Source: Paramoeba atlantica (Eukaryota; Protista; Discosea). From it: a stretch of 64,000 nucleotides of DNA. Shown here one piece after another: positions 30,820-41,519 of this stretch. The translations under genes and the position numbers were made by a program. The notes below the pieces were generated by a model. It did not search any database. It saw only the letters and a list, made by a program, of their open reading frames with translations, and had not been told where the DNA came from. Each line of letters starts with the position of its first letter. Positions within the stretch are counted from its first letter, which is position 1. The stretch covers positions 186,001 to 250,000 of the forward strand of contig CDRNVI010000049.1 in the NCBI GenBank assembly GCA_977017575.1, in the 5' to 3' direction.

Positions 30820-33732
30820 CTACAAATAGTACGGCAATTGTCGCAGTTCCATTCCCACATTTGGCTTGGCAGCGGAGGAGGTTCCGTGGAAGAATGCCAA
30901 CTTGCTTGCGCATTGCAGGACAAAGGGTGCCTTGATGGATCCGGGCCAGTTCGTGTACATCCAGCACAGGTGGTAGGACATGTTCTCAATAGCTTGCAAG
31001 GACAAACCGCCATCACGGAGCACAAAGTACTTGACCGGTTTCGAGGTAGCCAGGGTGCAGTCGACAGCGATTTGGGAGAAGGAGTGGGAGCTGTGCTCGA
31101 CAACATGTCCACGAGGAATGTTGTGCCACTCCACCCGTCCGCCCTTTGATACTGGCGCTGCGTAGCGATCATGAATACGTTTCTGGACTACCATGAAGGT
31201 AAGTTCAACGTTTTTGCTTCCGAGGAATTTTTCACAGTCCGCCATCTCTTCAACGCGCACACGGTCCATCATGCTGTCTCCCACACCGTCGCGGTACACT
31301 ACAACGCGTCCGACATTGGAACCTTTCACGAGCACCTCGAACACTTCTTCGAGAAATTCCTTCAATGTAGTCATGCTCATGCGATCCATCACTGGGTTAC
31401 GTCCGTCAGTCTGCTCACTCGCGGCTCCAGCATTGCGGCGGCTTTCAGTCGATGATCCTCCCATCATCTTCTGTCGGGACACCTGCATGTCTGTGTTGCA
31501 CAAATGGCTCCACTTTCGAGTCTCCGCATTGTAGTACCAGGCTACGAAACCAGCGAGGTTGCGACGTTGATTTTCGAAGGATCCGGATTCACTTGCTTCG
31601 CTTTTGCGATCGCTATAGATATCGTAGCCCACGTAGATGGTGCCATTTGCTCCAAGCTCCGGAACGTTGCTCGGAATATCAACCAGCCACAATGGCGTAC
31701 CCATCTTAGCAGTCACATTCTTCGCAATGTTGTGAACATAGGGTCCTGCCGTTTTTGCCTTGCTCATCTTGTCAAAGTCTACGAATTGAGAGACGATGCC
31801 CATAGACCCCAGTTCGCTCTTCAACGTGCCGTAGGCATCCTGACCACGTGTGCTGTGGCCGTTGCTGAGGACGCATAGCACAAGGGCGGGTGTACCTTCC
31901 GCCATGGCCTGGCGTACGGCATCGGTTCGCACCGAGTCCAAGCATTTGTCGATAAAGTCGCGGTCGTCTTCACCACTATCGACGAAGGTAACAGGTCCTT
32001 TCGCCTTCCATACGCCACGAATGCGTTCGTTGACATCCATAATTTGACGCACTAAGTCACGAGCCTTAGCACCCCAACCAAAGACTTGGTATTCTTTGCG
32101 TTCCTCGTTGAACTGAATCCGCATGGTCTGGGGAGCGAAATCTTGATTAGGGCGGAGAGTCTCTGGAGAGCCAACGATCTGAACTTTGACGGTCTTGATT
32201 TCTTTCGGTTGTATGGTTTCCAATGCCGCATTCTTGATCTGAAGGCCGTATCCGCTCAGGAGCTGTTTCGGTTCCTGTTCATCGAATCTCTTCACCAACT
32301 TGATGCACTGATCTTGCATTTCCTCGGGCATCTTGGAGCATCGCGTCGGAAGGAAGCGTCGTGCTTCAGTGCTTAATTGGTCCACAAGGACGAATTCAGG
32401 AATGAGGCGGACGCGGCCGGAGCGCTCACCCCAGATAAGAGGCTGATCCGTCTTTGTAACCTCCAACCCATACGTCTCCTTGTAGTAATCCGCATAAGAG
32501 ATTGTTCGTCCGCTCTTAAGCTCGAAGACGGACTCCACCGTCGTCCCCTTGTCCACTTTGTAGACCATGTAGTTGCGCTTCCTCGTTCCGTAAGACGTCA
32601 TCACCTTGAGACCCAGCAGACTGCGCGGCCCGTTCTTGTTGAGGTAGTCCAGCGCAGTTACACGTGCTTCCACATGACTTCGAGGATGAACAATGAGAAC
32701 AACACCGTTGTCTGTCAACTGGAATGTTGCAAAGTAACCAGGTACCACAATCATATCGCGATACACACGTTGCCGAGTGAAATCGCAGTATATTTTTCCT
32801 GTTCGGCGAAGATCTAATGATTCCAGAATTCGGCATAACACATGATTGTACACTTGCATCGTTTGTTCCTCATTAGAGCGGGGGTTGAGTTGCACCTTAG
32901 TGATGTCTTCCTTGCGTAGTTCCATTGTGGTCTTGAAAGATCCAAGGGAGACTTCACGTGAAAGCGGTTCTTGCAAATGTTCGGAGATATCCTCAAGGCA
33001 ATAAAAGTTAGTTCCAGAGATGATCAAATCGAGCTTCTTGAGGTATTCCTTTTCTAAGACTTGGCGAAGATATCCGAATAGGAGCTTCTTACGTTGAATT
33101 TCGCTGATGTTTTCATTTTTCTCGATGCTGAGGGGATACATGTAGACCTCCGCCTTACTGATGGAGACACTGACAGCATTCCACATTACGTCGCGGCATG
33201 GTGCACGCTGACGGAGGGCGTCACGTTCGGATGCCATCAAACGACCACGTTCCGTCTTGTCTTTGTCAGCCCAGAAACGATCCCAACAGCCACTGCAACA
33301 GCGTTTATTGGGGACGTCCGCATGCTTTCCTACTCGGCATAACTTACCACAGCTGTCGCATTTGGCGTACTCGCTCCCAATGAAGGGCATCATGCTTCCG
33401 GTGCCCGGACCACCTCCCATGGGACCGCCCATCGGACGGGGACCACCGGGTGCACCACCCGGAGGGCCACCTGGTCGTCCTCCAGGAGCTGGGCCACGAT
33501 CGTCTCTTCGGTAGTTGTCGTTTCGGCGATCATCGCGGCGGTTGTCATCCCGGCGATAGTCTTGGCGCTGGTCACGCGAGCGATCGTCCCTGCGATAGTC
33601 GTCGCGACGGTCATCGCGTCGATAATCATCACGACGGTCATCGCGTCGATAATCATCACGACGATCATCGCGCCGATAATCATCGCGCCGGTAATCGTCA
33701 CGTCGGTAGTCGTCGCGTCGATTGTAACTCAT
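30820..33732 (-). CDS. Argonaute/PIWI-like protein, copy 1
   Basis: PAZ (ISYADYYKETYG...DQPLI...LIPEF), MID (YGTLK...GIVSQ...K), PIWI (VGYD, YRDG, VQKRIH, LCWMYTNWPGSIKAP, C-terminal YYL). Confidence 0.95.
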   Translation of the reverse strand: MSYNRRDDYRRDDYRRDDYRRDDRRDDYRRDDRRDDYRRDDRRDDYRRDDRSRDQRQDYRRDDNRRDDRRNDNYRRDDRGPAPGGRPGGPPGGAPGGPRPMGGPMGGGPGTGSMMPFIGSEYAKCDSCGKLCRVGKHADVPNKRCCSGCWDRFWADKDKTERGRLMASERDALRQRAPCRDVMWNAVSVSISKAEVYMYPLSIEKNENISEIQRKKLLFGYLRQVLEKEYLKKLDLIISGTNFYCLEDISEHLQEPLSREVSLGSFKTTMELRKEDITKVQLNPRSNEEQTMQVYNHVLCRILESLDLRRTGKIYCDFTRQRVYRDMIVVPGYFATFQLTDNGVVLIVHPRSHVEARVTALDYLNKNGPRSLLGLKVMTSYGTRKRNYMVYKVDKGTTVESVFELKSGRTISYADYYKETYGLEVTKTDQPLIWGERSGRVRLIPEFVLVDQLSTEARRFLPTRCSKMPEEMQDQCIKLVKRFDEQEPKQLLSGYGLQIKNAALETIQPKEIKTVKVQIVGSPETLRPNQDFAPQTMRIQFNEERKEYQVFGWGAKARDLVRQIMDVNERIRGVWKAKGPVTFVDSGEDDRDFIDKCLDSVRTDAVRQAMAEGTPALVLCVLSNGHSTRGQDAYGTLKSELGSMGIVSQFVDFDKMSKAKTAGPYVHNIAKNVTAKMGTPLWLVDIPSNVPELGANGTIYVGYDIYSDRKSEASESGSFENQRRNLAGFVAWYYNAETRKWSHLCNTDMQVSRQKMMGGSSTESRRNAGAASEQTDGRNPVMDRMSMTTLKEFLEEVFEVLVKGSNVGRVVVYRDGVGDSMMDRVRVEEMADCEKFLGSKNVELTFMVVQKRIHDRYAAPVSKGGRVEWHNIPRGHVVEHSSHSFSQIAVDCTLATSKPVKYFVLRDGGLSLQAIENMSYHLCWMYTNWPGSIKAPFVLQCASKLAFFHGTSSAAKPNVGMELRQLPYYL

Positions 33733-34238
33733 AGAATTCGTTAAAAGTAGTTAAATTTTCAGGTTCTTTTTTTTCGGAGTTTTTCAGGTACACGACTTTT
33801 CCGTTGTATGTCCTTGTTGTATGTGACATACAACAATTAGGACATAATGTCCGAGAAACGACTTATTGATGTTTCATGTGATTAAACAGAGAAACTATGG
33901 GAGACTTTTATACATTCAGCGAATTGTGGGTTAAGTTGTTTCATATCAGCGAATCACTACAAGAGTAATCATCATGTAATTTTCTGGAGATACGTGGAAA
34001 CAGTGTTTCATTGTGACAACCGGTCATCTACAGACTCTCCATTTCATTTTTATCCCCCCAGACCCTTTTTTCATTCATTCTCGAGCCAGCAATCCTTCAG
34101 AGGTTTCACCTGCTTCGGATTTCGCTCCTTCGATTTCAAGTCCTTCAATCGAGACTTCCCCAAGTCAACGAGCTCGTATTGCAATCCCTGGACATAGCTA
34201 CAATAATAATTTTTGTAATAATAATTATTATTAATAAT

Positions 34239-34726
34239 TGGCCGCGTCTATGCCCTTGATGGATGGCGCGGGGTTTGGCCACTTCCATGCCTTTGGTGGA
34301 TGGAGCGGAGTTTGGTCGCGTCCATGCCCTTTGCGGATGGAGCGGAGTTTGGCCGCGTCTATGCCCTTGATGGATGGCGCGGGGTTTGGCCTCTTCCATG
34401 CCTTTGGTGGATGGAGCGGAGTATTGGCCGCGTCCATGTCCTTAGTTGATGGAGCGGAGTTTTGACCGCGTCCGTGGCCTTGGTGAATAGGACGTGGTTA
34501 GGCTGTGGTCATGTCCTTGGTGGTTAGAGCGAGGTTTGGCTGCGGTCATATCCGTGGTGGGTGGAGCCTAGTTTTGGCGACGTCCATGCCCTTGATGAAT
34601 GGAGCGTGATTAAGCTGTGGTCATGCCCTTGATGGGAGCGAGGTTTGGCTGCGGTCATACCCGTGGTGGGTAGAGCCGAGGTTTGGCGGCGTCCATGCCC
34701 GTGATGGATGGAGCGGAGTTTGGCCA
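34239..34726. repeat. Tandem array of ~13 degenerate 37-bp units with trimer higher-order structure
   Basis: Consensus tggccgcgtccatgcccttgatggatggagcggagtt. Confidence 0.9.
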
Positions 34727-34909
34727 CTAGCATTGTACTAGTGTGTGTTGCATTGAATTGATATTTTATTGGGGGATTTTCACTAGTTAAGGTACTGGGA
34801 TGCATTGGCTTTACGGGTCTTAGTTCAGGAGCCTGGATTTGTATTGGGATCCGACATTCAGCACGGACTGGAAACTAGGAGTTATGAAGCCTTGATCGCA
34901 ACACATAAA

Positions 34910-36719
34910 GTATAATTTATGGCCTTGGGACATAAATGACATTTTATGAGTTGTGAATGCGTAGCATTTTGCCTGGATCACTTTTGCGGTTTGGGTTGGA
35001 TGAAAACTCACGGTGGAGCATAACCTGTGGTCATGGCTCTCATCGATTTTGTTTTTTTTATGGCCTTGATTGGATTGATGTAAGAATAGAGCATGTAAGA
35101 AAAGGGGAAACGTAAAGCAAGAAAAGGGAATAAAAACAATTCACTTTGCACGAAACGAAAAAGCGAATGTTGTGATGAATCTCGAATATCGTTGTATAAT
35201 ATTGATTGGGTTTCGTGGGACTCATCCTTTGGTATCTTTTGGATCATTTGTTTAAGATGCTCTTGTCTATTGTTCGGATTCTTTAAAATCTGTTCTTTGG
35301 GATCTTTGTGATCAACTCTTGTCTTAAGATTTTGATGATACATTCTTGTGATCTTCGCGATTGTGTGTCTGTGGTTTTCGTGATCGGTTTTTAATATCTT
35401 TAAATCTGTTATTAGATCTTCGGGATCTAACCTGAGGCAAAGGGATCCATTCTTTGGGGTCTTCGTTTCTTTTACATCTTTGCGATCAGTTATTTAAGTA
35501 ACTTGTATCGTTTATTTGTGTTCTTCGGAATCCTTATTTCTGATTCTCCTTTTTGGATCCTTGTGATCCGTTCTTCGTGATCTTTGTGATCGGTTGTTCA
35601 GCTGTGACTTGTTTAAGATCAGTTGTTTATTCGGTCAAACAGAAGCATTATTTCACATTATAAAAAATACCATTTTTTTATGTGATCTAAATGTTTTCTT
35701 ATTACTGTACCCCCCCTAGTTATCTGTCGCTACTTTTCGAGAATAGGTGACAGATAACTAGGGGGGGTAGGGGTGCGACAGATAACTAGGGGGGGTAGGG
35801 GTGCGACAGATAACTAGGGGGGTCAAAGTGCGACAGATAACTAGGGGGGTCCGTCGCCAAAAAAAGAGAGGGAACGAAATGTTACAGAAACGGTATCTCT
35901 ATTGCCTAGGAAAATTCGTTTCTACCCCAATGGGAGCTCTTCTCTAGGGGAACGAGATTTCTCCAATGCCGCACAGATGAGCAAAAACGGATAAAAAATC
36001 AAAATTCCGAGCGGGGGCAATATCAACTGAAACCACTGTATATGGGTTAAAGTAGAACATCGGGAGCTATCGGACTCCAATTTTCACAAAGGTCACGACG
36101 GGAAAGAATGTCAATATCACGGTTTTCAAATAAGGTGCGATACACATTATTTACCACGTGAATTGCACAACTGTTTTCACCAGAACGATCTTTGAATTTG
36201 AATTCACCAGATGATCTTTAAATTGAATGAAGGGAATGATGAAGGGGATGATGGAGGGGACAACGAGCTCCTACTTCTGTTTTCCAATTTTGACCGTAGA
36301 GCTCCACGCAAAACCATTAGCCCTAAAGCAGAACAGAAAAAAAATGAAGTTTCGCTTCTAATTTTATAAATTTTTCATTTTGTTTAGAAAGGCGACAGAT
36401 AACTAGGGGGGGGGGGTGGGAGGGCGACAGATAACTAGGGGGGTACAGTATATTTTACGTACATTGAAAGTGTTTTTCTGACATTGTTTTGCATACATCT
36501 GTACTTTTTGCCGCGAAAAAGTTTCGGGGTGATGGTACGCTTGATAGTGGGCAGCCGGAGAAGGTAAACAAATCGATGAGAGCCATGACCACAGGTTATG
36601 CTCCACCGTGAGTTTTCTTCCAACCCAAACCGCAAAAGTGATCCAGGCAAAATGCTACGCATTCATCCTTGGTCACAACTCATAAAATGTCATTTATGTC
36701 CCAAGGCCATAAATTATAC
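34910..36719. repeat. ~150-bp inverted repeat pair (34910-35055 / 36566-36719)
   Basis: gtataatttatggccttgggac...ctctcatcgattt versus its reverse complement aaatcgatgagagcc...ggccataaattatac. Confidence 0.85.
35705..36448. mobile_element. MITE with CTGTACCCCCC TIRs, TA TSD and repeated GACAGATAACTAGGGG motifs
   Basis: ctgtacccccccctagttatctgtcgc / gcgacagataactaggggggtacag; TA flanks; at least 6 internal motif copies. Confidence 0.85.
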
Positions 36720-36736
36720 ATTATTAATAATTCAAT

Positions 36737-37227
36737 ATGCATTTACACGAGGGGCTGCGAGTGACACATGCGGAGCCCCTCGCATGTAGACATATATGCG
36801 TATTGACCGACCCAGTATGGTCGGCGCGTCCCTGGACGCGGATTGTTTCATCCCGCCAGGGAACATGGGACACGCTATACACAGATGCATCTCTGTCGGG
36901 ATGGGGTGCTGTACTGATTCTTCCGCATGGTTCAGTTTACGCCACGGGTGCGGCATGGACCCGACAAATGGAGATTAACGAAGGAGAAACACATGCAGTT
37001 GAGAATGCTTTGGAAGCGTTTCGAGAACATTGGGATGCTATTGCGGGCATAAATCCCGTATTGATAACACCAGTGCGGCTGCAGCTTTACAAAAGAAGTG
37101 GAGCAATTATTTTCGGTTATCCGAAATACTCCTCCGTATACTTCGCTTTGCAAAAAGTAATAATTTACGAATCATCCCATCATACATACGATCTAAGGAA
37201 AGCTTGGCAGACGCCTGGAGTAGATAA
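36737..37227 (+). mobile_element. DIRS/TATE-type RNase H fragment
   Basis: LYTDASLSGWGAV...EINEGET.AV, and a frameshifted YIRSKESLADAWSR. Confidence 0.75.
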
Positions 37228-37642
37228 CCAAAGGAGGACAGACGTGAGACGAATGATTTTGTGGGGTGTTAGGGCACCCTACATTAACTATGCGATTGGA
37301 GAGACTAGCGAACGGGGAGTATACTGAAAGGTACTTTCCCATTCGCTAGTGTGTCATAAGGGAAAAAGGATGCTTGTTACATACATATGTTTAGTTTATC
37401 ACTCAACATCGCAGACATAGGAAAATACTTAGAATCCGATATAAAACTAGTTGACAACATTCTGAAAGCAAATTTGGATAATGTTTGTGCGCATCAAAAT
37501 TATTAGTTTATTTTAAGTATTACAGATTTTATGATATGCACCAATTATCACACTTTGGAACCAATTTGAAGGAAACAAACACTTAATCACTGGGACGAGC
37601 ACCTACCACGAAAACCTTTACACGACGCCTGTTATCAGACAA

Positions 37643-38250
37643 GTGACACCCGCAAAGAAGTCGAAAGATGCTTTATATGCTACGCGGAATCTAAGAACAC
37701 CTCTCAAAACTGCTTTATCCGCCCAAGAACGTAGGAATGAGGACAGTAAAGGTCACCCCAAGAAAACCCCTACTCCACGGAGAAATAGGCTCATCCGATA
37801 CCGGGTAGACCCAGAGACGCCTCCACTCACGGATCCTAATGAACCCATTCCAGGCCCATCTCAAGAGCAACCAGGAAGAGGACACGAAACCCAGTATATT
37901 GAAAACGCTGACGTTACACTCCCCGAGCCCAACTCAATGTCCCAAGGAAAGTCTGCCGCACTCCGAGAGTGCCAGGCCCAGGGATGTTCATGGCGCAGTT
38001 CATCGCACGGCGGATCCTGGCAAGCCTTCTACAACCACCTTCTACAACCACAAAGCTTGCGGAAATTTGTCGTCGAAGTCTGATGCAGACCGCCCTTCGA
38101 GGCAGTTTCATCATCTGGCAGAATCGAGAATCTGCCATGTGGACAGAAGCGCGTGTCTAGCGTTTGTAAAAGATGAGTCTGCGGAGCGTCATATGCGCCC
38201 CCCGGATTTATCTACGTATTCTCTGCCTTATGAAGGCATGATCAAATAAA
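37643..38250 (+). pseudogene. Frameshifted Cys/His-rich ORF fragment, possibly a retroposon N-terminal Zn-finger region
   Basis: CQAQGCSW...FYNHL and further C/H motifs; weak. Confidence 0.3.
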
Positions 38251-38699
38251 AGCCGCATGCCGGCACGGCAACAGCACCCCCAATGAATGGTGGTACAGAG
38301 AAGGCTGCTTTCCATGCACCTCATGCGGAGGTCACTATGACAACCACAAACGATCGTCACACACACAGCTGCAAAGGAACAAAAACCGCCGCGCTCCTTT
38401 CTCCCGAACCTCCTACTCCGTCCAACGAAGTGAGCACCGCACCAACACCTCTATCTTCTGTCTGCTCCCACCTTTATCTTCTGTCTGCTCACTTCAGCTT
38501 AACACCTGCAAAGACGTGCCTTATCGATGCCGCCAGATTTGGGAAGAAATTCTCACCTCCGCCATTCGGAATGCGGTCTCAAATTCATTCTACCAGCTCC
38601 GCATCGAGGGGACCGCAAATGCCACATGGCGTATGCCTCACACGCATATAAATGCGTGCAACGTTGGCTGTGTGACTACTCGTGGCTGTGTAGAAGTAC

Positions 38700-39230
38700 T
38701 CGTGTGAGTTTATTTGTCTGTGTGACAAGAGTCTGTGTGTGTTTAGTTGTCTGTGTGACTAGATGAGTCTGTGTAAGTTTGGGTGTCTGTGTGACTAGAT
38801 GAGCCTGTGTGAGTTAGGCGTCTGGGTTACTAGATGAGCCTGTTAGTTTGAGTGTCTGTGTGACTAGATGACTCTGTGTGAGTTTTGAGTGTCTGTGTGA
38901 CTAGATGACTCTGTGTGAGTTTTGAGTGTGTCTGTGTGACTAGATGACTCTGTGTGAGTTTTGAGTGTGTCCGTGTGACTAGATGACTCTGTGAGGATGG
39001 GTCTGTGTGAGTTAGCTGTCTGTGTGACTATACGAGTTTGAGTTAGCTGTCTGTGTGACTAGGTGAATCTGTTGAGTTTGGGTGGCTGTGTGACGAGATG
39101 AGACTGTGAGTCTAATTGTCTGTGTGAGTAGGTGAGTCTGTGTAAGTTAGGTGCCTGTGTGACTGGATGAGTCTGTGTATTTGTTTCTCGGTGTGATCGG
39201 ATGTGTCTATGTGACTGGATAGGTGAGAAT
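38700..39230. repeat. Degenerate ~30-bp minisatellite
   Basis: Repeats of gtctgtgtgactagatga(g/c)tctgtgtgagtt. Confidence 0.85.
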
Positions 39231-39859
39231 TTGGGTGAACTTTCCGTATGACGAAAGTTGTGCGAGTTATATAGAGGCATGAATAATAGAAAACTCATGC
39301 GAAGACTGAAAACCCGACTGATTAAAGAGAGAAGAATGAAGGCGGAGGTGGAGATAAGTAGGGGCAGGTGATAAAGTTAACAAGAAAGAGTCGAAGGAGG
39401 TATGTGATTGAGCTGATAGCCGTGAATAAATTGGGACACTAGGTGGAGGATTGGGACACTAAGGTGTAGAAATATGGTGGCCACATATTTGACACAGCAT
39501 AGTTGCGTGCCATGCGAATTGAGTTGATGAGCTCAGTCGGTGAACGCGTGACAGTGGTATTAAGTGTCCATGTCCTGTAACCGCTTACGAGTAGTACAGT
39601 GAATGTTTGGGGCTGAGTAATGAGGAGTTATGGAGCGCCCTTCACCTAAGCAATAAATCGTTGTTTGATGGCTCGGCCGTTAAACAGTGGTTTTGTTGCT
39701 TGTTGAAGAGCGTAACCAGCGACGCATGCTCATAATGGTGCATTGGTTTGGTCGGGAGCTCCAAGGATTGTTGAAGTACCGGCAGAGGTTCTTAGCGTAA
39801 TGGTGGATCACAGCGAATTAAGACGATCACTCCTCAGCATAATCAACGAAGTTCACGGT

Positions 39860-40715
39860 TGCATTTCGTATCGCGGTTGCATTTCTTGACTTTGCGAAAG
39901 TTTTTCCGTCTGTTTCTTTTAATGCGATTCGGGCTGCTCTCAACGCTTTCCAAGTGGGAAATTCTTTGACGCGAACAATAATGTGGATCTACGAAGGTTT
40001 GAGTGGTATTGTTCGTACTCCTTACGGAAATACAGATCCATTTCCTATAAACAGTGGAATTCTATAAGGGGATGTTCTGGCTCCTTATCTTTTTGTGCTT
40101 GTGGTTGATCGAATTCTTTATCAAGACTTAGAGGGGTGACTCTGGGTGGGAGCGCCTGGGAGTGCCTAGGATATCTTTCGTCGAAAATTTCTTCCTTAGT
40201 TTCTTAATATTTTTTTCTTCTATCGGAAGATACAGAAATCATGTTACTGGAATTCTATTCCAGTAGGATTTTTTCCAACTTTGTTCGTGCAAAATCCGAA
40301 CTTGGCGGGCCCATCCTGCGGATACCAGGGGGGGGTCACCCCCACGTGGGGTTGTAAAATTTGTTCAATTTTTTTTAACAATCAAGGGTACAGCGGTAGT
40401 TAAACAACCACAGCAATACGCCTAACGTTAAGACCGTCCAAGCGGTGGGCTTTTCTTGGTCGAATGAGCAGAGCGTCCCATCCAAGGGCCATTGAGGATT
40501 CTGGACCTCTTTGCGAAAATCATTTCACCAAGTCGGATCTCCGTAGAAGTTTACTGGGAGCGCCTGGGAGCGCCCGGGCAGGAGTCACCCCTCTTAGATA
40601 ACAAATCACTGGGCATCGTTCTACGGAGCAGCGGTACTTAGAACAGGGGAATTCAGGAAGTTAGGATACGGGATATCAACTACGCCGATGACATTGCTCT
40701 ACTCGCTTCTACCAC
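39860..40715 (+). mobile_element. Decayed RTE-like RT fragment (paralogue of the RT in 12143-14254), interrupted by a MITE
   Basis: FLDFAKVFPSVSFNAIRAAL...GIL*GDVLAPYLFVLVVDRIL | LDNKSLGIVLRS...INYADDIALLAST. Confidence 0.85.
40131..40593. mobile_element. PIF/Harbinger-type (Tourist-like) MITE, TTA TSD
   Basis: TIR GAGGGGTGACTC / GAGTCACCCCTC; TTA at 40128-40130 and 40594-40596; removal rejoins the RT fragment. Confidence 0.8.
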
Positions 40716-40799
40716 TTTGGGCCAAAGATCAGTACCTCTCTTTAAGATTAGACGTCGATCCAGCTGAGTAGGCTGAGGCCGAATCGTTTCATGAGGCCC

Positions 40800-41437
40800 T
40801 TAAACGGATACCGGAGGGAGTAGAAATTGCTGTGATGTATACCGATTCGTTCTATGTTTAGAATTTCTTCCATCATGTACGTTCGCAACGCCGCATTATT
40901 GGATATCACAAGGTGGCAAATGGGGTTCTACTACAAGCTATTGACTGCGAGGTTCGATTGTTGAAATCAAGAAACTTTATTTGTTACGTATGCAAGGTAA
41001 GGGCACATAATGGGAATAAACACAATGAAAAAGCTGATGCTCTGGCTACAGCGGGCGCGCGAAAACCAGCTCCATTACCAGAAAGTAACAGGAAGAAAAC
41101 GTGCAATGTAAAGTGTAATGAACTCCTGACCTCGCGAAAAATGAATAGACTAATGTGTTCGAGAACTAATGTGAGCAAACATGTTAGCACCAAACGCCAG
41201 ATGTCACATTCTGCATGTAGAACAATGCCCAAAAAGGGTACCTCACTAACTATAAAGCCCGGAGTGGGTTTATCTGATAAGAACGAATGCCTATTCTTGA
41301 AGGGTCATGATATTGATAAAGAGAAAGTCCCTAAAGGAACAAGGGTGCTAAAGGAAACAGTGGTTTCCAAGAGAGAAGACTCACCCAAAAGAAAAGGGTT
41401 GTCAATTCTGTTATTACTCTATTGTACGCAGTGCTAG
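40800..41437 (+). mobile_element. LINE RNase H fragment
   Basis: YTDSFYV...CYVCKVRAHNGNKHNEKADALATAG. Confidence 0.7.
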
Positions 41438-41519
41438 ATCAGAAGCTATCCCGAGAAAAAACATGTAGTTTGTATAACCAGTCATCATTATCAAAATAAA
41501 TGGGTACGAAAGGGCGTCT

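Noticed and set aside
34239-34726. CRISPR array
   Set aside because: Units are contiguous with no unique spacers, there are no cas genes, and the context is eukaryotic. The same reasoning applies to 45960-46345.
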